From assembly GCA_937860055.1 (NCBI GenBank), contig CALMBO010000028.1, positions 21,881 through 85,880 on the forward strand: a DNA stretch of 64,000 nt. Direction: 5' to 3'. This DNA is from an uncultured Verrucomicrobiota bacterium (lineage in GTDB: Bacteria > Verrucomicrobiota > Kiritimatiellia > CAIQIC01 > Lenti-01). A program made the position numbers and the translations under genes. Under the pieces are notes generated by a model, which worked only from the letters and a program-made list of their open reading frames with translations, was not told where the DNA came from and made no database searches. Below are positions 27,708 through 37,251 of this stretch, piece after piece (the first letter of the stretch is position 1; the number at the start of each line of letters is the position of its first letter).

Positions 27708-30151
27708 CAGTAGCTCTTCACCCGGATGTGGCTCAGGCAGTTCCCGCAACCCGCCGCCGCGCCGCCGCAGGCGGACGCGCCCTGCGGCGTATCGCAGAAA
27801 TGAGACCGGGCGCACTTGGCCTCGAAAGGGTGCAGTTGGCCGGGCAGCAGCCAGTCCGGCGAAAGCGTGTGCGGCACCGGATTCCGGTCGTAAAAATAGG
27901 TGGCGATGTTGTAGCGCATGAAACAGTCGTCTGCGCCGCTGTGCTGGCCCGCCGGACAAGCCACCCAGGACCGGACGCCCTCGATCGTGCGCATATCCTC
28001 CCCCTCCCCGTGATGGGGCACGTTGATGTTGTGGCCGATCTCGTGCGCCAGGAGGCCCGCCTTCCTGTCCAGGTCCTCCGGCTCCCAGTCGAGGCTTCCC
28101 TTGCTCGCATAGACCATGGCGCTCCATTCGTTCATGTCGGTCACGATGGTGTTGTATTCGCGGCAGGGCGGACTCACCGCCGCCGCCCGCCCGAGCGTTT
28201 CGGTCATATCCAGCCCCGGCACCTGGCCCATGGTCATCACGACCAGCAGATACTGGTCCCCGCGCTTGTAGGGGCCGTCGAGGTAGTTGACGGTTTCGTG
28301 CTTGAATTCGTCGCCCCGCAGAATCTGCAGGTGCAGCTTGTGCGGCCGGTAGCGCTCCCGGACCTCGGCCAGCGCCGGGCCATACGCCCCCGAATAATCA
28401 TGCACGAACACGTCCTTCTCCCCGGGGTTGAGCCGCCGCAGCTGGCCCTGCGATACCACTCCGCGGTATTCGTCGAAATTGCACAGGCCGTCGCCCGGCC
28501 CCGTTCCCGCCGGCCGGTTGTCCTCGTCCGGCTCGGGTTCGGAAATCCCCATCAGGGATTCCCACTCGTCGTGGATCCCGTCGCGGTCCTTGTCGAGCGG
28601 CAGCATCAGGGCGGTTTCGGTCTCGTCGGCGGTGAGGCCGCGGGCCGTCGCGGGATACCAGACCCCCGCGATCCGGACCTCCGCCGCCAGCCGCGAGGCC
28701 GCCGCCGAATCCATGACCCGCACGTGGATCCGGACCTCCTTGTCCGGCTTTCCTTCGCGCGTGATCTGCTGGCCAATGGTATAGGCCAGTCCTTCGCGGA
28801 CAGCCCCCTCCCCGAACTCCCATTCTTCCGGATTGTCTTCGCTGCAGAAGAACAGGTCCGGCAGCGCGTCGAGCGCGCAGTCGTTGTAGTGCGTGTAGCG
28901 GCGCTTCACCGGCAGATCCTCGCCGCCGGTGGTCATGAAGGTTTCCCACGGCCAGGCCTCGGGCTGCTTGCCTGCCGTGCAGTCGGGGCAACGGTCGTGC
29001 AGCAGATGGTTGCCGGCATTGACCGCCACGCCCGGGAACTGGGACGTGTCCTGCAGGGTGAAGCGCACCGCCTCGATGTCCTCGGGACCGGGATCCTCCA
29101 GCGTCAGCTTGAAGGTGCGCACCTGGCCCGGCTGGGGTGTCCACAGGCGCTCCTGAGGGTCCACCGGCTCCAGGAAGACGTCCAGCTTCTTCGTCGGCCC
29201 GATGCGCAGGCTGGCGCTCATGCGGTATCGGGTGTCGCTGAGCAGGGTGCCGTATCCCGGCTGGCCGGAATGTTCGACGCCCAGGGTTTGTTCGGCGTAC
29301 AGGCGCAGGTCCTGCCAGTCGACCGTGTTCTCCAGTTGGAAGGCCGGCGCCAGATACCGGATCAGCGGCCAGGACCGGGTGTGGATTTCGCCCCGCGTTT
29401 GCGGCGAGTGGTCATTGGCGGTGAACTGGAAACTGTAGGAACCTTCGGAAGTCCAATGCCGGGGGCTGACGGCGTTCGGCAGCGTCGTCACATGGATCGT
29501 CTCGATGGGGCTGCGCAGGCCCAGGTTCAACCGCCCGGTGAGCCAGGCCGGGCCGTCGATCGCCCCCTGGTCGTACAACTGCAGTTCCAGCTGCCACTGG
29601 GGATCGTCGCGGGTCTGCGTCCGCTGGCACTCGCCGTACCAGTTGAGCAGGTCGATGATGGGCCGGACCCCTTCGGGCGGCGGCGCCGTCTGCCGCGCCA
29701 GGTTGTAGCTGAGCAGGTGCGGCGTCGTGCTCCGGAACAGATAGCCCTTTTCATAGAACTGGTGGCCGTACCGGCCGCGAACGTCCGCGGTGATCTTGAT
29801 GTTCTGCGGCATGATGGAATACATGTCCGCCAGTCCAGTCCAGTTCTTCGTCCCCGTGCGCTGCACCATTTTCGTCAGCGCCAGCTGCGGCACGACCCAG
29901 AAGCCTTTGAAATCCATCCGCACGACAAACCGCGAGCCGCGATTGCCCTGCGCCCGGAACTCCATGTAGCCCTCGGCATCGTCGTAGGCCATCACCTGCC
30001 CCTGGAAATCCCCCGCCGCGGCGGGCGACAGCGGAATGGAACCGCCCTGCACCGGGCCGGCGACCGACATGGCCGCGCCAAGCAGGGCGGCCTGGAAAAG
30101 CCCCCGAAGCGAACAAGGGGAAACCGCCGATTGTACGCAACCCGCTCTCAC
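27707..30151 (-). CDS. large secreted zinc metalloprotease (HEIGHNxxxxH; M66/StcE-like) with Asp-rich Ca-binding repeats
   Basis: C-terminal HEIGHNINVPHHGEGED zinc motif (HExxHNxxxxH as in M66); Asp-rich repeats (DKDRDGIHDEWE, DEDNRPAGTGPGDG). Start uncertain; putative GTG at 30149-30151 gives signal-like RAGCVQSAVSPCSLRGLFQAALLGAAMSVAGP. Confidence 0.5.
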   Translation of the reverse strand: MRAGCVQSAVSPCSLRGLFQAALLGAAMSVAGPVQGGSIPLSPAAAGDFQGQVMAYDDAEGYMEFRAQGNRGSRFVVRMDFKGFWVVPQLALTKMVQRTGTKNWTGLADMYSIMPQNIKITADVRGRYGHQFYEKGYLFRSTTPHLLSYNLARQTAPPPEGVRPIIDLLNWYGECQRTQTRDDPQWQLELQLYDQGAIDGPAWLTGRLNLGLRSPIETIHVTTLPNAVSPRHWTSEGSYSFQFTANDHSPQTRGEIHTRSWPLIRYLAPAFQLENTVDWQDLRLYAEQTLGVEHSGQPGYGTLLSDTRYRMSASLRIGPTKKLDVFLEPVDPQERLWTPQPGQVRTFKLTLEDPGPEDIEAVRFTLQDTSQFPGVAVNAGNHLLHDRCPDCTAGKQPEAWPWETFMTTGGEDLPVKRRYTHYNDCALDALPDLFFCSEDNPEEWEFGEGAVREGLAYTIGQQITREGKPDKEVRIHVRVMDSAAASRLAAEVRIAGVWYPATARGLTADETETALMLPLDKDRDGIHDEWESLMGISEPEPDEDNRPAGTGPGDGLCNFDEYRGVVSQGQLRRLNPGEKDVFVHDYSGAYGPALAEVRERYRPHKLHLQILRGDEFKHETVNYLDGPYKRGDQYLLVVMTMGQVPGLDMTETLGRAAAVSPPCREYNTIVTDMNEWSAMVYASKGSLDWEPEDLDRKAGLLAHEIGHNINVPHHGEGEDMRTIEGVRSWVACPAGQHSGADDCFMRYNIATYFYDRNPVPHTLSPDWLLPGQLHPFEAKCARSHFCDTPQGASACGGAAAGCGNCLSHIRVKSY

Positions 30152-30240
30152 GGCGGAAATCCTGCCATGGCGATTGCTCCCTGGCAAGTCCGGCAAGCGC
30201 CCCGGGCCCGAATCGCCGCGCGCCGGAAAACCAGGAAGGT

Positions 30241-31437
30241 TCAGACCATCGAGTCGACCAGCGCGCGGTGGGCCAGCGCAGAGCTCTTCGGATTGAAGCA
30301 TTCCGCCGCGCGCGCCATCCCCGCGCGGCCAATGCGAGCGGCGGCGGCCGGATCCGCCGCCACGCGCTCCAGCGCGGCGATGAACGAACCCCCGTCGTCG
30401 GGTGCGAACAGGAACCCGTCCACGCCGTCGCGCACGATCTCGGCAATGCCGGGCAGCCCCGTCGCCACCACCGGCCGCCCGGTCGAAAGTCCGTTGTAAA
30501 GCGCGCTGGGAATGATGCCCTGGTTGTCCGGCGAATTGCGCCGGTGCGCCAAAAGCGCATCCATGGCGTTCAGCCAGCGGTTCACGTCCTGCTTGGTCGG
30601 TAGCCACCCGGTCATGTGCACGGCCTGCTCCAGCCCGCGCTTCGCGATCTCCTGGCGGCACCAGGCTTCGCCGCCGGCCCCGCCGATGATCACCAGCCGC
30701 CAGTCGGCATGCTTCGCCACCGCCAGCTTCCACCAGTCCAGCAGCTGGTCGTAGCCCTTCCCCCCCCGGATGATCCCGAAGATCGCGAAATGCTTGAGGG
30801 CGGGATCAAGTCCGAGTTCCGCCTTCGCCGGCGCGGGATCCAGCGGACGGAACACGCCCGGGTTCTGCGGCGCATTGATCACGGCGACGCGCGATTCGTC
30901 GAGACCCCTCGCCGCCAGCAGCCGCCCCTCCGCCTTCGTGCTGACCGTGGCCTTCACATTCGGCCGGTTCCAGCTCCGCACCTCGCGGGCCTCCATCCAA
31001 TCCGCCAGTTTCCGCCCCCAGCCGAAATGCCCCAGCAAAATCGACCACCACCAGTCGCTCGTCTCGATGATCGTCGGGATCCCCAGCTTCGCCACGCGCC
31101 CCGGGATGAGCGGCAGCGTCTCCTTGCAGATGATCAGCGCAGGATCCATTTCCCGGATGCGCCTCAGCAGGCCGCCCAGATGCCGGTACCACCGCAGGGT
31201 CTTGAGCCACTTGTCCCGTCCGTTCGTCTGGTCCACCGAAAACGGAAGCTCGACCACGCGCATTTTCCGGCGCAGCTCGGCGTCGCGCGTCCCGTCCGCG
31301 GGTCCCATGCAGGCATAAACCAGCTCGTAGGCCGGAGCCAGCGCATCGGCCAGTTCCCGCAGCGCCGGCCACTGGAACGCCTCGATCTCCGGCGGGTACC
31401 GGTGCAGATAGACCACGATGGGTTTCCCTTTGCTCAT
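30241..31437 (-). CDS. glycosyltransferase family 1
   Basis: MSKGKPIVVYLHRYPPE start (ATG 31435-31437); C-terminal GT-B motifs (GRPVVATGLPGIAEIVRDGVDGFLF). Confidence 0.75.
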   Translation of the reverse strand: MSKGKPIVVYLHRYPPEIEAFQWPALRELADALAPAYELVYACMGPADGTRDAELRRKMRVVELPFSVDQTNGRDKWLKTLRWYRHLGGLLRRIREMDPALIICKETLPLIPGRVAKLGIPTIIETSDWWWSILLGHFGWGRKLADWMEAREVRSWNRPNVKATVSTKAEGRLLAARGLDESRVAVINAPQNPGVFRPLDPAPAKAELGLDPALKHFAIFGIIRGGKGYDQLLDWWKLAVAKHADWRLVIIGGAGGEAWCRQEIAKRGLEQAVHMTGWLPTKQDVNRWLNAMDALLAHRRNSPDNQGIIPSALYNGLSTGRPVVATGLPGIAEIVRDGVDGFLFAPDDGGSFIAALERVAADPAAAARIGRAGMARAAECFNPKSSALAHRALVDSMV

Positions 31438-31464
31438 TTGCGGGGCCAATGCTACCCTTCCCCC

Positions 31465-32400
31465 ATGAATTTGACCAGCGCCCGGATTCTGATTGCCGGC
31501 GGTGAAACCCTCGCCGGAGCCGCCCTCGTCGCCGAGGCCAAGCGCCGCCGGCTCGCCGCCACCACGCTCTCCGCCGCCGAAACCGCCAACTGGGCCAATG
31601 CGACGGCCATCGAAAAGGCCATCGGCGCGGCCCGCCCCGACGTCGTCTTCGTGGCCGCCGGCGAATCGGGGGGCATCGGTCTCAACCGCGCCCATCCGGC
31701 GCGCCTGATGGAATCCAACCTGCGCGTCGCGCTGAACATCCTCGGCGCGGCCGCCCATCTGCGCGTGCCCCACCTGCTCTATCTCGCCAGCTCCTGCTGC
31801 TATCCCCGCGACGCCGCCCAGCCTCTCCGCATCGAAAGCCTCCTGACCGGCCCCTTCGAACCGACCAACGCGGCTTATTCGGCCGCGAAGCTTGCCGGGC
31901 TCGTCCATTGCGAGGCCATCCGCCAGGAACACGGCCTGGCCTATTTCGCGGCGATCCCCTCCACCCTCTACGGCCCCGAAGACCACTTCGATCCCGACCA
32001 CGCCCACGTCGCCTCCGGCCTGATGGTCCGCATGCACGAGGCCAGGGAGAAGAACATCCCCTCGATTTCCGTCTGGGGGACCGGCAAGCCCCGCCGCGAT
32101 TTCCTGTTCTCGCGCGACCTCGCCGACGCCTGCTTCTTCCTCGCCGAGAGATACGAGGCGCCTTCGGGTCCCATCAACATCGGTCCCGACGCGGACCTCT
32201 CCATCGCCGAGGTCGCCGAAACCGTGAAGCAGGTGGTCGGCTACGAAGGCAGCCTGGAATTCGACGCCTCGAAGCCCGATGGCGCGCCCCTCAAGCGCCT
32301 CGACGCCTCCCCCCTGCGCGCCATGGGCTGGCAGCCCAAGACGGATTTTGCCGCCGGCCTGCGCGAAACCTACGCCGCGTTCCTCAAGCTCAAGCGTTGA
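31465..32400 (+). CDS. fcl: GDP-L-fucose synthase-like NAD(P)-dependent 3,5-epimerase/4-reductase (Fcl/ColC family)
   Basis: SDR extended fold: ILIAGGETLAGAAL, YxxxK (NAAYSAAKLAG), length 311 aa, Fcl-like C-terminus. Confidence 0.75.
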   Translation: MNLTSARILIAGGETLAGAALVAEAKRRRLAATTLSAAETANWANATAIEKAIGAARPDVVFVAAGESGGIGLNRAHPARLMESNLRVALNILGAAAHLRVPHLLYLASSCCYPRDAAQPLRIESLLTGPFEPTNAAYSAAKLAGLVHCEAIRQEHGLAYFAAIPSTLYGPEDHFDPDHAHVASGLMVRMHEAREKNIPSISVWGTGKPRRDFLFSRDLADACFFLAERYEAPSGPINIGPDADLSIAEVAETVKQVVGYEGSLEFDASKPDGAPLKRLDASPLRAMGWQPKTDFAAGLRETYAAFLKLKR

Positions 32401-33352
32401 TCAGGTCGATCACGCGCTCCGCCAGCGCGGAGCGCGAGAGCCCGTTGGCCGCGAGCAGCTCGTCGCGCGGGCCGATTTCGAAACTGTAATGGGGCGCGAG
32501 CCCCGCATGCGCCCATTTCGCCTTCGGCAGGCGAGGCGCGAGCTGGGCCGCCAGCAGGCCATCCATGCCGCCGCGGCCGATGAAGCCCTCCTCCATCGTC
32601 AGGATCGCGCGGCAGGGCGAAAGCGCCGCCTCCAGCGCGGCGATGTCGGGCGAGGACAGGTTCATCAGGTCCACCGTGCGCACGGGAATGCCGCCGGCTT
32701 CCAGTTCGTCGCGCACCGCGGCGGCCAGATGGCTCATGTAGCCTGTCGAAACAATCGCCGCCGCCGCGCCCCGGCTCCCGCCGAGGCGGAATCCGCGGCG
32801 CAGTTCGTCCGCCGTCGGGGCATTCCCGACGTCGGGCAGCGGATGGCTGTCGAGTCGCATGTAGCGCACGCCGGGCTCGTCCAGCGCCTGCCGCGCCATG
32901 GCGGCGGCCGTGGCGGCGTCCGCCGGCGACCATACGCCCACGTTCGGCAGGGCGCGCATCAGGGCGATGTCCTCCAGCGCCTGGTGCGTCGGGCCCGAGA
33001 CCTCGTAGCTGTAGCCCGCGCCCACGCCGACGAGCGTCACGTTCATCGGCCGGACCTGCGACAGGATCGCGAGATTGATGCGGATCTGCTCGAGGCAGCG
33101 CATGGTGATGAACGGCGCGATGGCATAGGCCACCACGCGGAACCCCTCCAGCGCGAGGCCCGTCGCCACGTTCACCGTGTTCTGCTCGGAAATCCCCATG
33201 TTCACGAAGCGGTCCGGAAAATCCTTCCGCACGCCGTCCAGCACCGGCGAACCGAAATCCGCCGTCAGGAAGAAAATGTCCTTCTCCGCAGCCATCCGCT
33301 CCTTCATCGCCTGAAGGAACGAATCCCGCATCCGCATCTTCGGTCCGCTCAT
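32390..33352 (-). CDS. transketolase C-terminal-section subunit (split transketolase)
   Basis: Pyrimidine-binding and C-terminal domains (FVNMGISEQNTVNVATGLALEGF...); ATG 33350-33352. Confidence 0.8.
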   Translation of the reverse strand: MSGPKMRMRDSFLQAMKERMAAEKDIFFLTADFGSPVLDGVRKDFPDRFVNMGISEQNTVNVATGLALEGFRVVAYAIAPFITMRCLEQIRINLAILSQVRPMNVTLVGVGAGYSYEVSGPTHQALEDIALMRALPNVGVWSPADAATAAAMARQALDEPGVRYMRLDSHPLPDVGNAPTADELRRGFRLGGSRGAAAAIVSTGYMSHLAAAVRDELEAGGIPVRTVDLMNLSSPDIAALEAALSPCRAILTMEEGFIGRGGMDGLLAAQLAPRLPKAKWAHAGLAPHYSFEIGPRDELLAANGLSRSALAERVIDLINA

Positions 33353-34179
33353 GGCGCACCTCCCGTCAGTTCCTCCACCTCCGCCGGTGAAAGCGTGCGG
33401 ATGTGGCAGAGGGGATCCCCTTCCAGCGAAGGCGCCCCCTTGCCTTTCACCGTATGCGCGATCACCGCGCGCGGACCGGGGAAATCCGACGACATCGCGC
33501 GGCCGAGGGCCTCGCACAGCGCGCCGACATCGTGCCCGTCCACCTCGTCCGCGGACCAGCCGAAGGCGCGGAACTTGTCCGCCAGCGGCGCGAGGCATAC
33601 CACGCGCGACGTGTTGTCCATCATGCACCGCTCGTTGTCGTCCACGATCAGGACCAGGTTGTCCAGCCGGTGCTGCGCGGCGAACAGGAACGCCTCCCAG
33701 ACGGCGCCTTCGTGCAGCTCGCCGTCGCCCGTCACCACCACCACGCGGCGGTCGGAACCCTGCCGCTTCAGCGCCAGCGCCATGCCCGAGCCCACGCCGG
33801 GGCCGTGCCCCAGCGAACCGTTCACCGTCTCATAGCCGGGGATGACGGGATCGGGGATGCCGCCCAGGAACGAACCCGGCCGGCATACCCGCGCCAGCTC
33901 CTCCTTCGGGAAGAATCCCCGGTCCGCCAGGATGGGATAGAGGCTGATGGAGCCGTGCCCCTTGCTGACGATCAGCCGGTCGCGCGCGGGATCGCGCGGG
34001 TCGGCGGGATTGTGCCGCAGCAGCCCGCCGTAGAACAGGCAGGTGTAGATTTCCACGGCCGACAGCGACGACGCCACGCGCGTCTCCGGCGCCGCCGCGT
34101 GGATCCGCAGGGTGTCCGCGCGGAACTTCGCCGCCAGCGCCCGCAGCTCGTCGGGATTCCTCTTCTTCTCTCCGCTCAT
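33349..34179 (-). CDS. transketolase N-terminal-section subunit (TPP-binding)
   Basis: GHGSISLYPILADRGFF...GSLGHGPGVGSGMALA...VVTGDGELHEGAVWEA TPP-binding motifs; 4-bp overlaps on both sides. Confidence 0.8.
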   Translation of the reverse strand: MSGEKKRNPDELRALAAKFRADTLRIHAAAPETRVASSLSAVEIYTCLFYGGLLRHNPADPRDPARDRLIVSKGHGSISLYPILADRGFFPKEELARVCRPGSFLGGIPDPVIPGYETVNGSLGHGPGVGSGMALALKRQGSDRRVVVVTGDGELHEGAVWEAFLFAAQHRLDNLVLIVDDNERCMMDNTSRVVCLAPLADKFRAFGWSADEVDGHDVGALCEALGRAMSSDFPGPRAVIAHTVKGKGAPSLEGDPLCHIRTLSPAEVEELTGGAP

Positions 34180-35651
34180 GTGAAGTCCCTTTGGATGGGG
34201 TGTTCCAGGATCCGCCGCACGAACGCCGCCGCCGCCGGGCCGAAGCGCTTGGCGACCATGGCCTGGTAGGCCGGATCCTCGTAGTATTCCTTGAACGCCG
34301 CGTCGCGGAAGCGCACGACATCCTTCCAATCCACGTACTTGGTCGAGAGCGGCCGGGAGTTCCGGCTGTAGTGCCCGTAGGCCGACCATTCCTTCGGCAT
34401 CTGCACGCCTTGCGCCACGAGCTCGTCGTAGAGCCGCGTGCCGGGAAAGGCCATCGCGCAGTAGAAGTTCGCCCATTCGAACCGGAACTTCTTCGCCATG
34501 TCGAACGACTCCTGCATGCTGGCCATGTCGTCTTCCGGCAGGCCGAAGATGAAGTTGCCGACGATGGAGATGTCCGCTTCGCGCGTCCAGCCGATCACCT
34601 TGTCCGTCACGTCCTCGGAGGTCTTCTTGTTGACGGATCCGCGGACGCGCGCGTTGGCCGATTCGAAACCGTAGGCCAGCCAGCGCACGCCGGCCTTCCG
34701 CAGCTTCTTCAGCATGTCCAGGCTGCGGATCGACGACACGTGGGCATAGGCCCAGAAATTCAGATCCCACCCCTTGGCGATGATGCGGTCGCAGATTTCC
34801 TCGACGCGCTCCATGTGCGCGGTGAACACGTTGTCGAGGATGCGCACGTTGCGCACGCCGTACTTTTCCACCAGCGTCTCCAGCTCGCCGACGACGCGGT
34901 CCGCCGAGCGCAGGCGCAGGTTCGAACGGCCCGCCACCACGTTGACGCTGCAGTAGGAGCAGTTGTAGGGGCATCCATGGTTCGTGTAGATCGCGCCGTA
35001 CGGGCTGCGGTCGTCCAGGCGGTCGAAGCAATGCCAGTGGTGGGCCCGGTAGCGCGAAGGGGGCATCAGATCCCACGCCGCGTCCGGCAGCTGGTCCACA
35101 TCCGCGAACATCGGCGCGCGGCCGCCGTCGGCCACTTCGTCGCCCGTGCGCGACCAGATCCCGGGGATCTCCCCCGCCGCCGGCCGGCGCCCCCTCCCGT
35201 GCGCCTTGAGCCACTTCGCCAAGGCCGTCACCGGGACATACGATTCGCCGCGGCAAACGAAGTCCGCCTCCTCCTCGCGCAGGATCCGTTCGGGATAGGC
35301 CGACGGCACCACGCCATCCAGAAGGACGGGGATCCCCGGCGCCAGACGGTGGATCGCGCGGACGGTCTCGCCCGCCGCCTGCATCTTGGTCACATCGCCC
35401 GAATTGACGTGGTCGGTGCCCACGCACACCAGCCCCGGCGACAGCTGCCGCACCCGCTCCGCCACCTCGTCCGGCAGCAGCCCCTCCGCGTCCGCGTCCA
35501 GCAAGGCCACGGAAAGCCCGTCGGCCCGCCCATAGGCGGCCAGGAGCCCGAGCTGGACCGGCGGCGTCACCGCCGCGATTTCCGCGCCCAGCGAGCCATA
35601 CGCCTTCGCGCGGTTGTTCGGGAACAGGGCTAGCAAATCCACGGAATTCAT
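34176..35651 (-). CDS. B12-binding-domain radical SAM enzyme
   Basis: N-terminal cobalamin-binding domain followed by radical SAM CxxxCxxC (TNHGCPYNCSYCSVN). Confidence 0.75.
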   Translation of the reverse strand: MNSVDLLALFPNNRAKAYGSLGAEIAAVTPPVQLGLLAAYGRADGLSVALLDADAEGLLPDEVAERVRQLSPGLVCVGTDHVNSGDVTKMQAAGETVRAIHRLAPGIPVLLDGVVPSAYPERILREEEADFVCRGESYVPVTALAKWLKAHGRGRRPAAGEIPGIWSRTGDEVADGGRAPMFADVDQLPDAAWDLMPPSRYRAHHWHCFDRLDDRSPYGAIYTNHGCPYNCSYCSVNVVAGRSNLRLRSADRVVGELETLVEKYGVRNVRILDNVFTAHMERVEEICDRIIAKGWDLNFWAYAHVSSIRSLDMLKKLRKAGVRWLAYGFESANARVRGSVNKKTSEDVTDKVIGWTREADISIVGNFIFGLPEDDMASMQESFDMAKKFRFEWANFYCAMAFPGTRLYDELVAQGVQMPKEWSAYGHYSRNSRPLSTKYVDWKDVVRFRDAAFKEYYEDPAYQAMVAKRFGPAAAAFVRRILEHPIQRDFT

Positions 35652-35766
35652 CCCGCGACGATACCACCCCCCCCACCGTTTGACAACCGCCCGATTGGCC
35701 CGTCAAAGGATATCCCGTGACATTCCGGATGTTTCGTCTTATGCTGGTTTTGTGTTTCGAAGCAAC

Positions 35767-37251
35767 ATGCATGAATTGAACACGTTTGCCGCCATCCTGA
35801 TTCTCTCCCTGCTTCTCCCCGCCTGCGCAAATCTCCGGCCTTGTGCGGAGCCAGCCGGCCCGCTTGTTTTGCACTACGATTTCAAAAAGTGCACCGGAGC
35901 TTCCGTCTTTGATTCCAGCGGCTACGGGAACCACGGTATCCTCTATGGCAAGCCGCTGCTCGTCCGCGGTCTTTCCGGCCGCGCCCTGCGGTTCGACGGC
36001 GTGGATGACTACATCCGCATCCCGCGGAACCGTTCGCTGGAACCCGGGGAACTCACAGCCGCCGCGTGGGTCAAGGTAAACAAATTCCATCCCCGTTTCG
36101 GCTTGCTGATCCACAAGCGGAACCCCTCGTTCCACAACAACGAGGCCTATGACCTGCAGTTCTGGAACAATGGCACCGTCCGCATGGTCGTGGCCAACGG
36201 AGATCAGTCGCGTCTGGACTCATCTGCCCGCATTGACACGGGGACGTGGCATCACGTGGCCATGGTGTTTTCGGAACCGGAAATGAAACTCTACCTCGAT
36301 GGAAAATTGGCCGGGACAAAAAAACATCCCCGTCCCCTCTCGCACAACCCCCAAAGCGACCTGCTCATTGGCGCCACCGACCATGCTCAATATCCCATGG
36401 ACCTGTTCATGGCCTGCGATCTCGACGATCTGAGGATCTTCTCGTCTGCGCTTTCGGGATCCGACGTGGCAAACCTGTACGCGGAAAACGCCGACCGGAT
36501 ACCAAGGAAGCCCAGGCCAATCCCCGACAGCGAGGAGGTCGATCGAAAATTCCCTCCCTGGCAGGCGCCTTCCTGTATCGCACCCCCGAAATCCGACCCC
36601 GCAGACAGCCTGCGGGCCGAGATGGAACGCCTGTATCGGCAAGGATTGCGCGACAAGGCCGCGAGCCCCGAATTTCTCGACGCCATGGGATCCATCCTGA
36701 CCCGATATCGTTCCGGACGTCTCCCCTTCTCCGAAAATTTCGACGGAATAACCATGCCTCCCGGCTGGGAGGCTCTGCAGAACGTCTGGATTTTCGAGAA
36801 GGGACGTGCCATCCAGACCAGGTCCTGGGCCGACACGCGCTTCATCCTCTCTTATTCCCCCGGACACGATTGGCAGAACTACTCGTTCACATTTACGGCT
36901 GGCTCCGACGGTTGGTTCACTCCCCCCGCCCGCAGTTCCTTGCGCATCTACTTCCGCTACCAGGATCGCGACAACGGCTATTATCTCGACCTCGTCAACA
37001 CCGGCGAAATCACCTTGAGCATCCGGGAGAACGGGAAAGAGCGCATCCTCCGCTCCGCCAAGACCGATTACGAGCGCGTACGCAACGGACTCCCGTGGCA
37101 GATCACCGCCAACGGAAACACGCTCATGGTTTTCCAACAAGGCAAGATGATCGTGCAGGCCAGCGATTCCACCTTCCCCTCCGGAACCATCGGGCTGGAA
37201 ACCATCCATTCCCCCGGTTATTTCAGCGATCTCGCCGTGGACCCCCTATGA
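35767..37251 (+). CDS. secreted LamG/concanavalin-A-like lectin domain protein
   Basis: Signal MHELNTFAAILILSLLLPACA; LamG_3-like core (GRALRFDGVDDYIRIP...TWHHVAMVF...LYLDGKL). Confidence 0.55.
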   Translation: MHELNTFAAILILSLLLPACANLRPCAEPAGPLVLHYDFKKCTGASVFDSSGYGNHGILYGKPLLVRGLSGRALRFDGVDDYIRIPRNRSLEPGELTAAAWVKVNKFHPRFGLLIHKRNPSFHNNEAYDLQFWNNGTVRMVVANGDQSRLDSSARIDTGTWHHVAMVFSEPEMKLYLDGKLAGTKKHPRPLSHNPQSDLLIGATDHAQYPMDLFMACDLDDLRIFSSALSGSDVANLYAENADRIPRKPRPIPDSEEVDRKFPPWQAPSCIAPPKSDPADSLRAEMERLYRQGLRDKAASPEFLDAMGSILTRYRSGRLPFSENFDGITMPPGWEALQNVWIFEKGRAIQTRSWADTRFILSYSPGHDWQNYSFTFTAGSDGWFTPPARSSLRIYFRYQDRDNGYYLDLVNTGEITLSIRENGKERILRSAKTDYERVRNGLPWQITANGNTLMVFQQGKMIVQASDSTFPSGTIGLETIHSPGYFSDLAVDPL

